The notes under the pieces: model-generated | Seen by the model: the letters and a program-made list of their open reading frames with translations, nothing else | Databases searched by the model: none | What the model was told of the DNA's origin: nothing | Program-made: the position numbers and the translations under genes | Shown here: positions 54,651 through 64,000 of the stretch, piece by piece | How the letters are laid out: each line of letters starts with the position of its first letter | How positions within the stretch are numbered: position 1 is the first letter of the stretch | Source of the DNA: a virus | Reading direction: 5' to 3' (one strand) | IMG/VR virus record: IMGVR_UViG_3300027917_000021 | Coordinates: 91,896 to 155,895 of that record | Length of the DNA stretch: 64,000 nt

Positions 54651-56365
54651 TGGCAAGATCTTATAAAGGTGATTTTACCTATGACGAATGGTACAATCTA
54701 AAAAATAAATTATTAAATGATATAAGAACTATATTTCAAAATTTAATAAGTACCACTACAGCTTATAATTTTTCACCTATATTACACAGATATATGGGAT
54801 TACATACTGGTATTAAACTTTCAGGAAAGTTTAAAACAAGTGATCCCAGCGAAAATGGAAATATGTGTTATACTACTTTTTGGAGGAGTGAAAATGTAGC
54901 TATACCACATGATGGTGTAGGAATGGCATGGGTAAAAGGAAGTGGTGGAACTTATAATGTTTATATTGTAGACAATGATGTACTGAGCAACGATGTATTT
55001 ATAGGAAATGGCATTGTTCGAGAAGATCTTGGCATTAATAAATTTATTGCAGCAGGAAAAAAAGAAATATTAATAGATACCTGGTATGAATTTTCTCTCA
55101 AAATAAAAAATGATAATTCTATAATTGCTAAAGTATGGAATAATGGCAGCGGAGAGCCGGGAGATGATGATGCTCCTGGTGCTAATTATATTATTGTAAA
55201 AAGTGGCGCATCAGGAACGGCCTTTAGAGAAGGTACAGCAGAAGATTATCAATTTGGAATAGGTATTCATAATACTAACGGGGGTGAATGGTTCTTTGAT
55301 GACTTGCAAATCTTAGCAATTGATTCTGCGTATCCATATTCATTATTCAAATTTAAAACGGCCCCCGCTACCTTTACTGGTCCAGCTACATTTAAATATT
55401 ATGGATATGCTTATGATGAAGCTACAACATATGGATTAACTGCCTATTTATTATCTTCTGGAGAAGCGTGGGTTGAGATAGGCGATAATTCTTCTACAGG
55501 GGCCTCACAAGTAGAAGACACTGAAATATCTTATGAAATAGATGATATTTCAGATTGGAGAAATGCAGATGGATATTTATACGCTGCGGTTAGACCAGAC
55601 GGTACAGTTGGAGAAAAAAACTTAAATACTTATTATACATCATTAGAAAATGTAATGCTTTCTGGAATTCATACTGGAAATATGATAGACGTTTGGATAG
55701 AAGCACCTGAAAAAATAGTTGAAGAAGAAATATCCATTAATTCAGTAAATGGCATTATAGATATAACGGACACAGATTTTAATGTACCTATACAGGAAAT
55801 AGTAGAATTAATAGACTCAGGGGACAGCACTTTAGACTATGCTGATTGGACAATGACAACAAATATTGGTTCAGCATTTTCTACAGAACCAATACAATAT
55901 ATAACCCTTGGTGGTTCATATACTGGAGTAAGTGAAACATTCACAGTAGTGTCTAGATATTATTCAGATGGTCCAGGAGTACAAACTTTATTAAACTCAG
56001 ATGATTATAGAACACCGGGTGCAAAGAATATAGTTAAAATAAAACCACCACATGCAATACAAATAGATAATTTAGAATTTCGCGGATTATTAACACGTGA
56101 TCAAGCTGTTGAACATATAAAAGATTTTGTTTATAGTATTGATGATTCAGTATTTGAGGTATCTGATATGTTATCATACCTATATAATCATGGGGTAACC
56201 TACGTTAATTTGAATACGTTGAGTATTAAAATAAGATCTTACAATTATAAAAATATAAGAACTAGTGGAGACGGCATACCTGTAACAAATGCTTATTCAT
56301 TTTCTGGAATTGGAAGTTTTTATACTCATACAAATGATTTACTTGGAGTAACTAAGATTGTTTAA
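54650..56365 (+). CDS. Baseplate-associated protein
   Basis: Beta-rich; coupled to the J-like gene. Confidence 0.6.
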   Translation: MARSYKGDFTYDEWYNLKNKLLNDIRTIFQNLISTTTAYNFSPILHRYMGLHTGIKLSGKFKTSDPSENGNMCYTTFWRSENVAIPHDGVGMAWVKGSGGTYNVYIVDNDVLSNDVFIGNGIVREDLGINKFIAAGKKEILIDTWYEFSLKIKNDNSIIAKVWNNGSGEPGDDDAPGANYIIVKSGASGTAFREGTAEDYQFGIGIHNTNGGEWFFDDLQILAIDSAYPYSLFKFKTAPATFTGPATFKYYGYAYDEATTYGLTAYLLSSGEAWVEIGDNSSTGASQVEDTEISYEIDDISDWRNADGYLYAAVRPDGTVGEKNLNTYYTSLENVMLSGIHTGNMIDVWIEAPEKIVEEEISINSVNGIIDITDTDFNVPIQEIVELIDSGDSTLDYADWTMTTNIGSAFSTEPIQYITLGGSYTGVSETFTVVSRYYSDGPGVQTLLNSDDYRTPGAKNIVKIKPPHAIQIDNLEFRGLLTRDQAVEHIKDFVYSIDDSVFEVSDMLSYLYNHGVTYVNLNTLSIKIRSYNYKNIRTSGDGIPVTNAYSFSGIGSFYTHTNDLLGVTKIV

Positions 56366-57371
56366 TACCGCACAAGATTTTTGGAAAGGTCTTGGAAGCT
56401 TTTGGCTTCACTTTGAAAACAGGGCTGATTTAGAAGCTTTTTGGGACGGTATGTTTGAAGCTTTAAAAGAAGCCCACCGAAATCTATATAAGGTAAGTAC
56501 GGGAAAATTTCCAGCATATAGCCCGGATGTATGGAATCATAAATATATTTCAATACCATTGGTATGGTCTGGGGTAGAAGATAATCGTATAAATGAAACA
56601 AATTATTTTAGTTTACCAGACGAATATGTCGGTACATTTTCTATACCAGAACTGTCAGGAATAAACACAGGACAAATCTTAGAGCAGGGAACAGATTATT
56701 CAATAGTTGATTGTAATAAAATATACATCACAAATTTAAGTGGTCTAGAGCACGACACATCATATATAGAAAGTCTACAGGTAGATTTATACGCTGAAAA
56801 TTTATATCGTATAGATCCAATGATTTTTAATTTAGTTAGAAAAATGGCAGATACTGAAAATTTAATTACAGATCAAACACCATATTATCCCTTTACATAT
56901 GATGGTAGTGATTCTGATACATTATTACTTGAGAAGGCTAAGTTGATAAAATATATGACATGGGCAATGTTTTATTTAAGATTACAAAAACCAAGCATTA
57001 CCAATTTAAAAAAGATATACAATATTATTTATAATTTACCTTTTGCATATGAGGATGGAACGGCATCTATATCGGGCACATCCTGCACGATAGGAAATTA
57101 TACTTATTATATTTCTGGAGGCGAGAGCTGGGGTATTGGGGATGGAGCGTCTGTTAACAGATTTGATCCATTAACCAGCGGAATAGAATTAAAAGATAGA
57201 ATATCTGATCCAGCAGAAATAATATCTGAATTTGGAAATCTAGGCGATGCCTATAGTTTTATTTTAGAAGTAACTCCATTAACGGCCAGTGTCTATGATA
57301 CAGATTTTATAAGTAAATATGAAGAAGATTTCTTAGATGCAGCTTTTAATATAAAAACAACGTTGATTTAA
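56358..57371 (+). CDS. Probable baseplate wedge protein
   Basis: FW..F..R..LE..W N-terminus; PS..N......NLPF; context. Confidence 0.55.
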   Translation: MFNTAQDFWKGLGSFWLHFENRADLEAFWDGMFEALKEAHRNLYKVSTGKFPAYSPDVWNHKYISIPLVWSGVEDNRINETNYFSLPDEYVGTFSIPELSGINTGQILEQGTDYSIVDCNKIYITNLSGLEHDTSYIESLQVDLYAENLYRIDPMIFNLVRKMADTENLITDQTPYYPFTYDGSDSDTLLLEKAKLIKYMTWAMFYLRLQKPSITNLKKIYNIIYNLPFAYEDGTASISGTSCTIGNYTYYISGGESWGIGDGASVNRFDPLTSGIELKDRISDPAEIISEFGNLGDAYSFILEVTPLTASVYDTDFISKYEEDFLDAAFNIKTTLI

Positions 57372-57415
57372 GGTAAAAAAATAATTAAATTTATTAAACA
57401 TTTGAAAGAGAAATT

Positions 57416-59737
57416 ATGGAAAAGGTAATTAGCCCTCGTGGATCAAAAGTTGATCTAAGTGAATTAGTTGATAGTATACAAAATACTGGTGCAAATAATA
57501 TGAAGGACTTAATGGACACCCTATTTAAATCATATGGTGTTCTTTGTTCTGGCATCACAGATACTAGTTTAAAATTATCACAATATTCTACGGACAGTGT
57601 CGAAGTATCACCTGGCATGGCTATAGTACCGGCCGGCCACCCAATATCTGTTACTGGAAATGATCCAGTTGAAGATCGTAGATTAACTATAGACGATGGA
57701 TATAGTGGTTCTGTTTGGATTTCTTACGTACCATTTACTACAGATCCGGTACAAATATTAGATGGATTTGCGTGGTTACCATCCGGAACACAGTTCTCCG
57801 ATTCTATACAATACCCATATTACGCTTTAGTAGCTGACGATCCGGGTATTTCCGGAGTAGAGTTGGCCATAGTGCACCGTGTTGGCTCAACTGTATATAT
57901 AACCGATCAACGAACAGATAATAAATTACAGCTCTATGATCAACTATCACATTTCCAAAATACTGACTGGTATACAACTGCTACAGACTTTAAGGTGGGT
58001 GTTGGTAATCCGGATTTTGGTGATGGCCTTGGATTGTCTGTAAAATTGGTACCAGAAACTCCATTAGATCCTATAAGAATTAGAATATCAGATATATCTC
58101 CTATTAGTTTATATGATTATATTGATGCTACTGCACTAAATTTTATTCCATATCAACTTCGTTCGGCCATAATGTTGCCAACTGCTGGAGTAACAATACA
58201 ATGGGGACTTGATTATATAACTGGTACTGGTGGGAGTAGTACATTTAGAATGGAGGGGTATGAATCAACAATGCATACTGAAACCATTCAATTTAGTGAA
58301 GATGAATTAGTAGGATATTATTTTACGGTAGACAGCACTGACTATCTTATCAGCTCTAATGATGCTACAGATGGAAGTGATTATACACAACTTTATTTAA
58401 CGTTACCAAATGGTGGAGGGGCAGGAACTGTTCCTAGTGCTAATTCTTCTAATCCAGCAAAACTACATCATAATGCAGATAGATATAAAATAAAAGCACA
58501 GGCCTTATTACCAGTTTCGTTGCGCCCACTGCCAATTGGATCTATACAAACAGAGATTGGACTTGGGACAACACCCCCAGAACAAAGCATTAATTTACAA
58601 TTAATGCTTGGATTTGTATATGAAATTAGGGTACAGGCATGTAATGACGAAGAAAAATCCTCCATTGTTACAATGGCGTCTGGAAAATACATGGATAGGG
58701 GAATAACTGAAACTTCTTATGCTTCTCCTTTTATTGTAAAAATACCTGCAATTGATATGACTGGGGCCGCTGTTACTGCCGTTGCAGACGACGCTGGATT
58801 TAAAATAACCATTATTGGAATGGACGATGCCACAGATTTTGAAATTGTTTATACAACGGATAATTCCGGAGCAGACTTCACAAATCCTAATCATCAAAGA
58901 ATAGTAACCAGTGACCGAGTAGTAAACGTTTCTGCTATAGGTATACGAGAATACAATATTAAAGTACGTCCTCTGCGTGGCGGTTTTGTAGCATCTACAA
59001 TAGGTGTTCCTTATGTAGAAACGAGTATTGTAGGTGGCGCTGGAGGTGCTTTGCCAAATGAAAAATTAGTACCTTATGTTAATGTAGATATATATGGGGA
59101 AGCTATAACTGGTGCGAGTTTATTAGATGCAACTAGCAGTTATGCTTTCGTAGAATATCCATACTCTGGGTTACAATTTCCTTTAAGACTTCAAGGAAAA
59201 AATATATTAGATTCTGATACTCCTGACCGTAACAAATATAAAATTGCCGAAATTAAAACATACGAAGATTTGGCAGTTTTTACTAGATTATCAACTGTAT
59301 GGAGTCCAACTAATATCGATGTAACTGGTACATTATATTTAGGAAATGTTGCACCTAATGTATCCGGTATTACTGCACTTTCTGCAATGTCAGATTATTT
59401 AAAACGTCAAAGGTTTATCTATCAACACAATTTTGACCAAGATGTTATTATTACAAGAATAGATTTTGATTGTGATACTACTGATGGAATAGATGTAGAA
59501 CCTGCTATTTTAAGGTTCTATCAATATCAAAATGAATCGCTTGGCAAAGAAGTAGAAATAACTGCGTCGGATTATTTTTTTGGAGACCAGATAATTAATC
59601 TTTCAATACTTAGTTCACGCGGTGTTAGACGGTTAGTAGTTGATGCATGGGATCCGGCTGGCATTGGAAACTTTAAACACGTTAGTGGTATATTGACAAT
59701 TCATTATCGTGATATATACTACCCGCCATCTAGTTAA
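57416..59737 (+). CDS. Tail fibre/baseplate-attached structural protein
   Basis: 773 aa, beta-rich, VEVSPGMA N-terminal motif, Fn3-like segments. Confidence 0.6.
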   Translation: MEKVISPRGSKVDLSELVDSIQNTGANNMKDLMDTLFKSYGVLCSGITDTSLKLSQYSTDSVEVSPGMAIVPAGHPISVTGNDPVEDRRLTIDDGYSGSVWISYVPFTTDPVQILDGFAWLPSGTQFSDSIQYPYYALVADDPGISGVELAIVHRVGSTVYITDQRTDNKLQLYDQLSHFQNTDWYTTATDFKVGVGNPDFGDGLGLSVKLVPETPLDPIRIRISDISPISLYDYIDATALNFIPYQLRSAIMLPTAGVTIQWGLDYITGTGGSSTFRMEGYESTMHTETIQFSEDELVGYYFTVDSTDYLISSNDATDGSDYTQLYLTLPNGGGAGTVPSANSSNPAKLHHNADRYKIKAQALLPVSLRPLPIGSIQTEIGLGTTPPEQSINLQLMLGFVYEIRVQACNDEEKSSIVTMASGKYMDRGITETSYASPFIVKIPAIDMTGAAVTAVADDAGFKITIIGMDDATDFEIVYTTDNSGADFTNPNHQRIVTSDRVVNVSAIGIREYNIKVRPLRGGFVASTIGVPYVETSIVGGAGGALPNEKLVPYVNVDIYGEAITGASLLDATSSYAFVEYPYSGLQFPLRLQGKNILDSDTPDRNKYKIAEIKTYEDLAVFTRLSTVWSPTNIDVTGTLYLGNVAPNVSGITALSAMSDYLKRQRFIYQHNFDQDVIITRIDFDCDTTDGIDVEPAILRFYQYQNESLGKEVEITASDYFFGDQIINLSILSSRGVRRLVVDAWDPAGIGNFKHVSGILTIHYRDIYYPPSS

Positions 59738-59746
59738 TGAAGACAT

Positions 59747-60889
59747 ATGGCAGTTTATCCTTACGCATATAATGATAATAGGTTGTACGGCACTGTAACC
59801 AATTCCAAAGGAATTCCCATAGCTAGCATGGGAGTAGTACTATGGAAAGTACAAGAAAATGGGGACTTGATTGCACAGGTAGATTATGATACTACCGAAA
59901 GAACGGGTCTTTGGCAATTTGGCATTACGGAAACTGGTTGGTATACCGTAAAGTTTTATGGTGGTGGAGCAATTCCAAGCAATAATATTAATAGAGTTTA
60001 TTTGGAATATTCTCCTACTGGAACTGATTATCAAGAACTTACTTATACTATTCAACCTACTTTTAACATAATTGAATTAACCAGTAAAGTAGATGTAAAT
60101 AAGGCTGAAAAAGCTATAATACAAATAGCGTTCTCTAATTTAACTCCAGACACGGGCGATTTAAGATCTATAGAAGTTTATTCTCGTAGAACAGAAGATG
60201 CTGTGGATTATTCTCCATTTAAAACTATACCAATTGCAGAGGATGAAATATCCGCATTAAATGTCAGGGCTGAAATAATTTTGGAAGCAAAACCAGATTA
60301 TTTTGATTTTATGGCAATATTTTTTGATGGCCTTGGAATACCATATAAATCTGGTGGAACTGTATATCAAACTTATGATACTAATGTAAAATTAGATGGC
60401 GTTCCTGATGTTTACGAATACGTTGAAGGTGTGGATCTAGAGGCGACCAATACACCTGATCCAGAAAGTGGTACAATTACAGGAAATATTATAAAATTAA
60501 AATGGACGGATTTAAAAAATTTGGCAAGAACTGCATTTCCAATAGAAAGTAAAGATGCTTTTGGCAGAGCAGTAACTATCTCATATGAGATGGCACAGCG
60601 CCTAATAGAGTATATTGTTTTTATGTATGTATCGGACACCGAAACACAGCCCATAAAACCATATCCAGGAATTGCTGCTTTGTATGGTGCAGTTCCATTT
60701 GGTACAACCCAATGGGCTTTTAAAGATTTACAAACACAAACAGCAGGCAAAAAATGGGTATACATGGGGGACTTTGCCACCTCTAGTGCAGAGTTCACTT
60801 TGCCTAGGAATGTTTGGGTTGCATTCTGGGTTGGGTTCAAAACGTACCGTACTAACAGTCAAATAGAAACCGAAAGATATGTTTACTAA
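59747..60889 (+). CDS. Structural protein; C-terminal domain paralogous to 62937..63866
   Basis: Shared L.ATN, I.L.W.D.K, Y.VFMY, AFWVG motifs. Confidence 0.65.
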   Translation: MAVYPYAYNDNRLYGTVTNSKGIPIASMGVVLWKVQENGDLIAQVDYDTTERTGLWQFGITETGWYTVKFYGGGAIPSNNINRVYLEYSPTGTDYQELTYTIQPTFNIIELTSKVDVNKAEKAIIQIAFSNLTPDTGDLRSIEVYSRRTEDAVDYSPFKTIPIAEDEISALNVRAEIILEAKPDYFDFMAIFFDGLGIPYKSGGTVYQTYDTNVKLDGVPDVYEYVEGVDLEATNTPDPESGTITGNIIKLKWTDLKNLARTAFPIESKDAFGRAVTISYEMAQRLIEYIVFMYVSDTETQPIKPYPGIAALYGAVPFGTTQWAFKDLQTQTAGKKWVYMGDFATSSAEFTLPRNVWVAFWVGFKTYRTNSQIETERYVY

Positions 60890-61521
60890 TGAAATCTTAT
60901 TTTTGTATTATTGTTGGACTTCCCAACATAGACTTTGAAAATGAAAAAATAGAAATTGATCGAGCTGAAACTTTACAAGAGGCAAAAAAATTAATAAAAA
61001 CAAGAATATATGATGCCGCAATAGTAAATGTTGAACTATCGGACGCAGAAGGATATGATATTACTAAATTTTACCCCCATTACCGCACAATAATTGTGGT
61101 AGATGGAAATATAAATTTAATGGATGGAAAAAATGGAGTTCATAAAATCATCGAATGTTGCTTCACAGAACAAATAATTGAGAGTATATTTGATATAATT
61201 TCCAGCTACTCAAATAAAAATGAGGATAGTTTGATGGTCCTATTATCTATTCAAGATTCTATAGAAGAACTTAAAACTTCCTCAGGATTTATGAAAAGCA
61301 GCCTTAATGAAGTTCACAACCGCCTGGATAAATTAGAACAAAACCAAGACACACTAAAAAATACATTCGGAAAATTTTCCGAACAGAGAATAAAAGCAGA
61401 ACAATTCTTCATTGATACGGTCACAGTATTAAGAGGAGATCTAAACGAATTATCGGAACAAGTAGATGGATCGGAAAGAAATAGAGAGGCAATTCGACGC
61501 AATTTGGAAGAAGCTGGATGA
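60889..61521 (+). CDS. Degenerate receiver (REC)-like domain plus coiled coil
   Basis: AETLQEAKKLI..YDAAIVNVELSDAEGYDI matches the REC beta3 region with Asn at the phospho-Asp position. Confidence 0.55.
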   Translation: MKSYFCIIVGLPNIDFENEKIEIDRAETLQEAKKLIKTRIYDAAIVNVELSDAEGYDITKFYPHYRTIIVVDGNINLMDGKNGVHKIIECCFTEQIIESIFDIISSYSNKNEDSLMVLLSIQDSIEELKTSSGFMKSSLNEVHNRLDKLEQNQDTLKNTFGKFSEQRIKAEQFFIDTVTVLRGDLNELSEQVDGSERNREAIRRNLEEAG

Positions 61522-61789
61522 AACACATAAATTAGCAAGCCAAGCTTCTTCTTTAGCACAACATGCAGACAAAGGCTTTATTGAACTTAACAGTGAAATG
61601 AAAACAGTTCGACAAACCATAGAGCAACAAAATAAAGATATTAATGGACTTGGAAGCAAGTTTGAAGAGTTTACCGAAAAAATAAGAGATAAACTTACAA
61701 AGAATTTGGCATGGACAATAGGAATTATTTTTGCATTGTTGACTCTATATTCAGGATTAATAATTTTAGTAATAACCAATAAAAACTAA
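61466..61789 (+). CDS. Coiled-coil protein with a C-terminal TM helix (holin/XhlA-like)
   Basis: Heptad region followed by WTIGIIFALLTLYSGLIILVI. Confidence 0.55.
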   Translation: MDRKEIERQFDAIWKKLDETHKLASQASSLAQHADKGFIELNSEMKTVRQTIEQQNKDINGLGSKFEEFTEKIRDKLTKNLAWTIGIIFALLTLYSGLIILVITNKN

Positions 61790-62007
61790 TGAAGAAATTT
61801 AAAGTAGTATTTGAAGTAGAAATAGACATCACTCCAGCAGAAGTCGATGCCATAAGAAAAGACAATCGTGCTTTTCTTACTCATGGATTTTTTGCTAAAG
61901 ACGAAAATGTCGCAAAAATAGCTGCTTATAACAAAGCAGTAGATAGAATTACTAAGGGGCAAGAAGTGAATTATGAAATATTGCCCTGGGAAAAAACAAA
62001 ACTATAA
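61789..62007 (+). CDS. Hypothetical protein
   Basis: 72-aa coupled ORF. Confidence 0.6.
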   Translation: MKKFKVVFEVEIDITPAEVDAIRKDNRAFLTHGFFAKDENVAKIAAYNKAVDRITKGQEVNYEILPWEKTKL

Positions 62008-62018
62008 GGTAAACATAA

Positions 62019-62915
62019 ATGGCTGTCATAGATTTTATAAATTCCACAGATTTTCAGGATTACTATGTTGCTAAAAATAACTGGTATACAACTTTAGCCA
62101 GCGATGTAACTTCCGGAGCACAGATTATTCCTTTGTCTTCTATTACCGGGCTATCTACAAAAGGTTGGGTATCGGTTGACACAGAACATATTTATTATGA
62201 TTATATAGACTCCGGAAGCCAATCATTAGGCAGTGTTACTTATCCGGTAGTACGTGGTACAGATGATAGTGTTGCTGCCGCACATGATGCTGGCGCTTCT
62301 GTAGAACAACGTATCAATGCTGGAGCTTTTAATGCTCTTATGACCGCCGTTAAAAAAAGAAAAGAATATACATTTGAATGTGACCAAGTTGCCGCTGTAA
62401 CCAGTGGATATCAGGACTTAACAGGCTTTGCATCACGTGCATTGATACATGACTTGCGTATTATGTCTACAGGAGGCAGTACGTCTTTTAAAGTAGAATT
62501 TTATCAGACAGATGCATTTAAAGGAATTGAAAAAATATTTGAAAGCAATGTATTAAATTCTATATCAACTACAATTGATGCTACATCTAGTTCTGGTCAA
62601 AAAAATATTTATGTAACTTCTACTACTGGTTTTTTAGTAGGAGAAATGGTTTACATAGTAAATTCTGGCGTTTCAAATGAATTTGCAATGGTAAACAATG
62701 TAGTTGTAGGTGATAGATTAGAGGCTTACGACGATTTAGAAAATACTTATACTTCTTCTGATACAGTTGCTTTTGTTAATAGACAATTAAATAGTTTTTA
62801 TTATGAAGATCTAGATTGGACAGGAGAATTACATGTAAAAATTATAAATACTGATGGATCAAATCCAGTAACTGTTACGTTATTTATTGTAGCAGAAATA
62901 TCAGATGAGCTCTAA
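62019..62915 (+). CDS. Virion structural protein with two similar beta domains
   Basis: TTLASDVTSG..I.LSSITGL and TTIDATSSSG..IYVTSTTGF; RG...AAAH.AG..V. Confidence 0.65.
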   Translation: MAVIDFINSTDFQDYYVAKNNWYTTLASDVTSGAQIIPLSSITGLSTKGWVSVDTEHIYYDYIDSGSQSLGSVTYPVVRGTDDSVAAAHDAGASVEQRINAGAFNALMTAVKKRKEYTFECDQVAAVTSGYQDLTGFASRALIHDLRIMSTGGSTSFKVEFYQTDAFKGIEKIFESNVLNSISTTIDATSSSGQKNIYVTSTTGFLVGEMVYIVNSGVSNEFAMVNNVVVGDRLEAYDDLENTYTSSDTVAFVNRQLNSFYYEDLDWTGELHVKIINTDGSNPVTVTLFIVAEISDEL

Positions 62916-62936
62916 AATTATAGGAAAAATTTAATT

Positions 62937-63866
62937 ATGACTGATGGCTATATAGGAATGTTTAGAGTCCCGGAAGCGGGAGCTTTAATTCCTTATACAA
63001 ATGACGTGACTGGTATGACAATGCAAATTACTGAAGATGCCGTAGAAATGGGCACAGCGACTATTTCTAATGCCATAGTTGATATTAGCAATGTTGATAT
63101 TTTAACAAGCGGTGCACAAATTACTGAAATAATTTTACAACATAAATTAACTGTTTCTGGGATTTGGGAATATGCAAATTCATACAATGTTAATTGGGTT
63201 GGAGCAGATAACGAGGGAAAATTTGTATATGGACCCGTTTCATGGAGCCTTAGTGGAATAGAACATGATTTTCGTGTTTATTTTCAAAACGCGGACGGGC
63301 AGTTGGCTATTCAAGACTCGGATGGACAGGTAGTTGGTGTAGATGTATGGCTAGACGATACGGATGTTACATTTAATGGATTTGATGATTTATCGGAATA
63401 TCCTGAAGTTTTAAATTTAAAAGCAACAAATGCTACAAATGAAGAGGGCGGAACATACGCCACTCCGGCAGTAATACCTGGAAATGGTATTATCAGGTTA
63501 GCCTGGAAAGATATGAAAACTCAAGCTGTAGATTTAACAAACCATCCATTTGCAGATGGAAGTACAGGAACAGTGGCAGTAAAACAGTGGAAAAATACTA
63601 TTGGATATAAAGTTTTTATGTATATTGCTGTTCTTGTAACAGGTTCCGAGCCACAAAATGGTTACTATCCAAATCCAGCTGAACCTTCTGCAAATGGTAC
63701 ATGGTATTTAGTTGGTGAAACACAAAATAATTATTTAGAAGTTGATTGCCCAAAAGCAGAAAAAATAGCTTTTTGGGTTGGAGCCAATATACGATTAAGT
63801 GGTAGTTCAGCTACAGACCCAGTGCCACCATTAACTTATGACGAATACAGATATAGTACTAGCTAA
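62937..63866 (+). CDS. Structural protein, paralogous to its neighbours
   Basis: N-terminus MTDGYIGMF shared with the next gene; C-terminal domain shared with 59747. Confidence 0.65.
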   Translation: MTDGYIGMFRVPEAGALIPYTNDVTGMTMQITEDAVEMGTATISNAIVDISNVDILTSGAQITEIILQHKLTVSGIWEYANSYNVNWVGADNEGKFVYGPVSWSLSGIEHDFRVYFQNADGQLAIQDSDGQVVGVDVWLDDTDVTFNGFDDLSEYPEVLNLKATNATNEEGGTYATPAVIPGNGIIRLAWKDMKTQAVDLTNHPFADGSTGTVAVKQWKNTIGYKVFMYIAVLVTGSEPQNGYYPNPAEPSANGTWYLVGETQNNYLEVDCPKAEKIAFWVGANIRLSGSSATDPVPPLTYDEYRYSTS

Positions 63867-63875
63867 GGATAAAGT

Positions 63876-64000
63876 ATGACTGATGGCTATGTGGGCATGT
63901 TTCAAAGACCATTGTATCCCGATCCGGTTACTGGCGTTACTTTCAATGAAGTTGGAGATGGTCTTGAAATAACTTGGCCAATAGTAATTTCTGGAGTATC
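63876..64000 (+). CDS. 5' part of a structural protein (partial)
   Basis: MTDGYVGMFQRPLYPDPVTG..., open to the window end. Confidence 0.7.
   Translation, partial: MTDGYVGMFQRPLYPDPVTGVTFNEVGDGLEITWPIVISGV

Noticed and set aside
1-64000. CRISPR array, reverse transcriptase (retron/DGR), integrase or transposase
   Set aside because: No regularly spaced repeat-spacer units and no catalytic motifs for these enzymes were seen
1-64000. Stop-codon reassignment
   Set aside because: Genes are full length and tightly packed in the standard code; the polA break is explained by the intron

Overview
A 64-kb segment of a large, AT-rich, contractile-tailed (myovirus-type) dsDNA phage genome. + strand 1-11.4 kb: head/neck genes, tail sheath and tail tube, with a PAS-PAS-GGDEF diguanylate cyclase, a LigD-type phosphoesterase-ligase fusion and a glycosyltransferase among them. 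- strand 11.4-43.7 kb: first a region of structured non-coding elements alternating with small or basic proteins (11.7-15.4 kb), then replication, recombination and nucleotide genes. These include family A DNA polymerase split by a group I intron with an HNH ORF, a sigma70-type factor, a Ubl-JAB-E1 module, class II RNR, RecU, SSB, Sak4, AEP primase-helicase, SF2 helicase, RNase HI and peptide deformylase. + strand 43.8-64 kb: tail assembly chaperone with a -1 frameshift, tape measure, hub, a second sigma-like factor, and baseplate/fibre genes. The most striking observations are: (1) a >=440-nt RNA folded as a circularly permuted tRNA mimic (Y-RNA-like topology) next to a 255-aa gene that shares an AGACUUAGACU motif with it; (2) a ~250-bp GC-rich island with 22 six-base palindromes, like a natural polylinker; (3) a phage-encoded ubiquitin-like module without an obvious E2. 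All calls come from reading motifs by eye; no database searches or folding programs were run.
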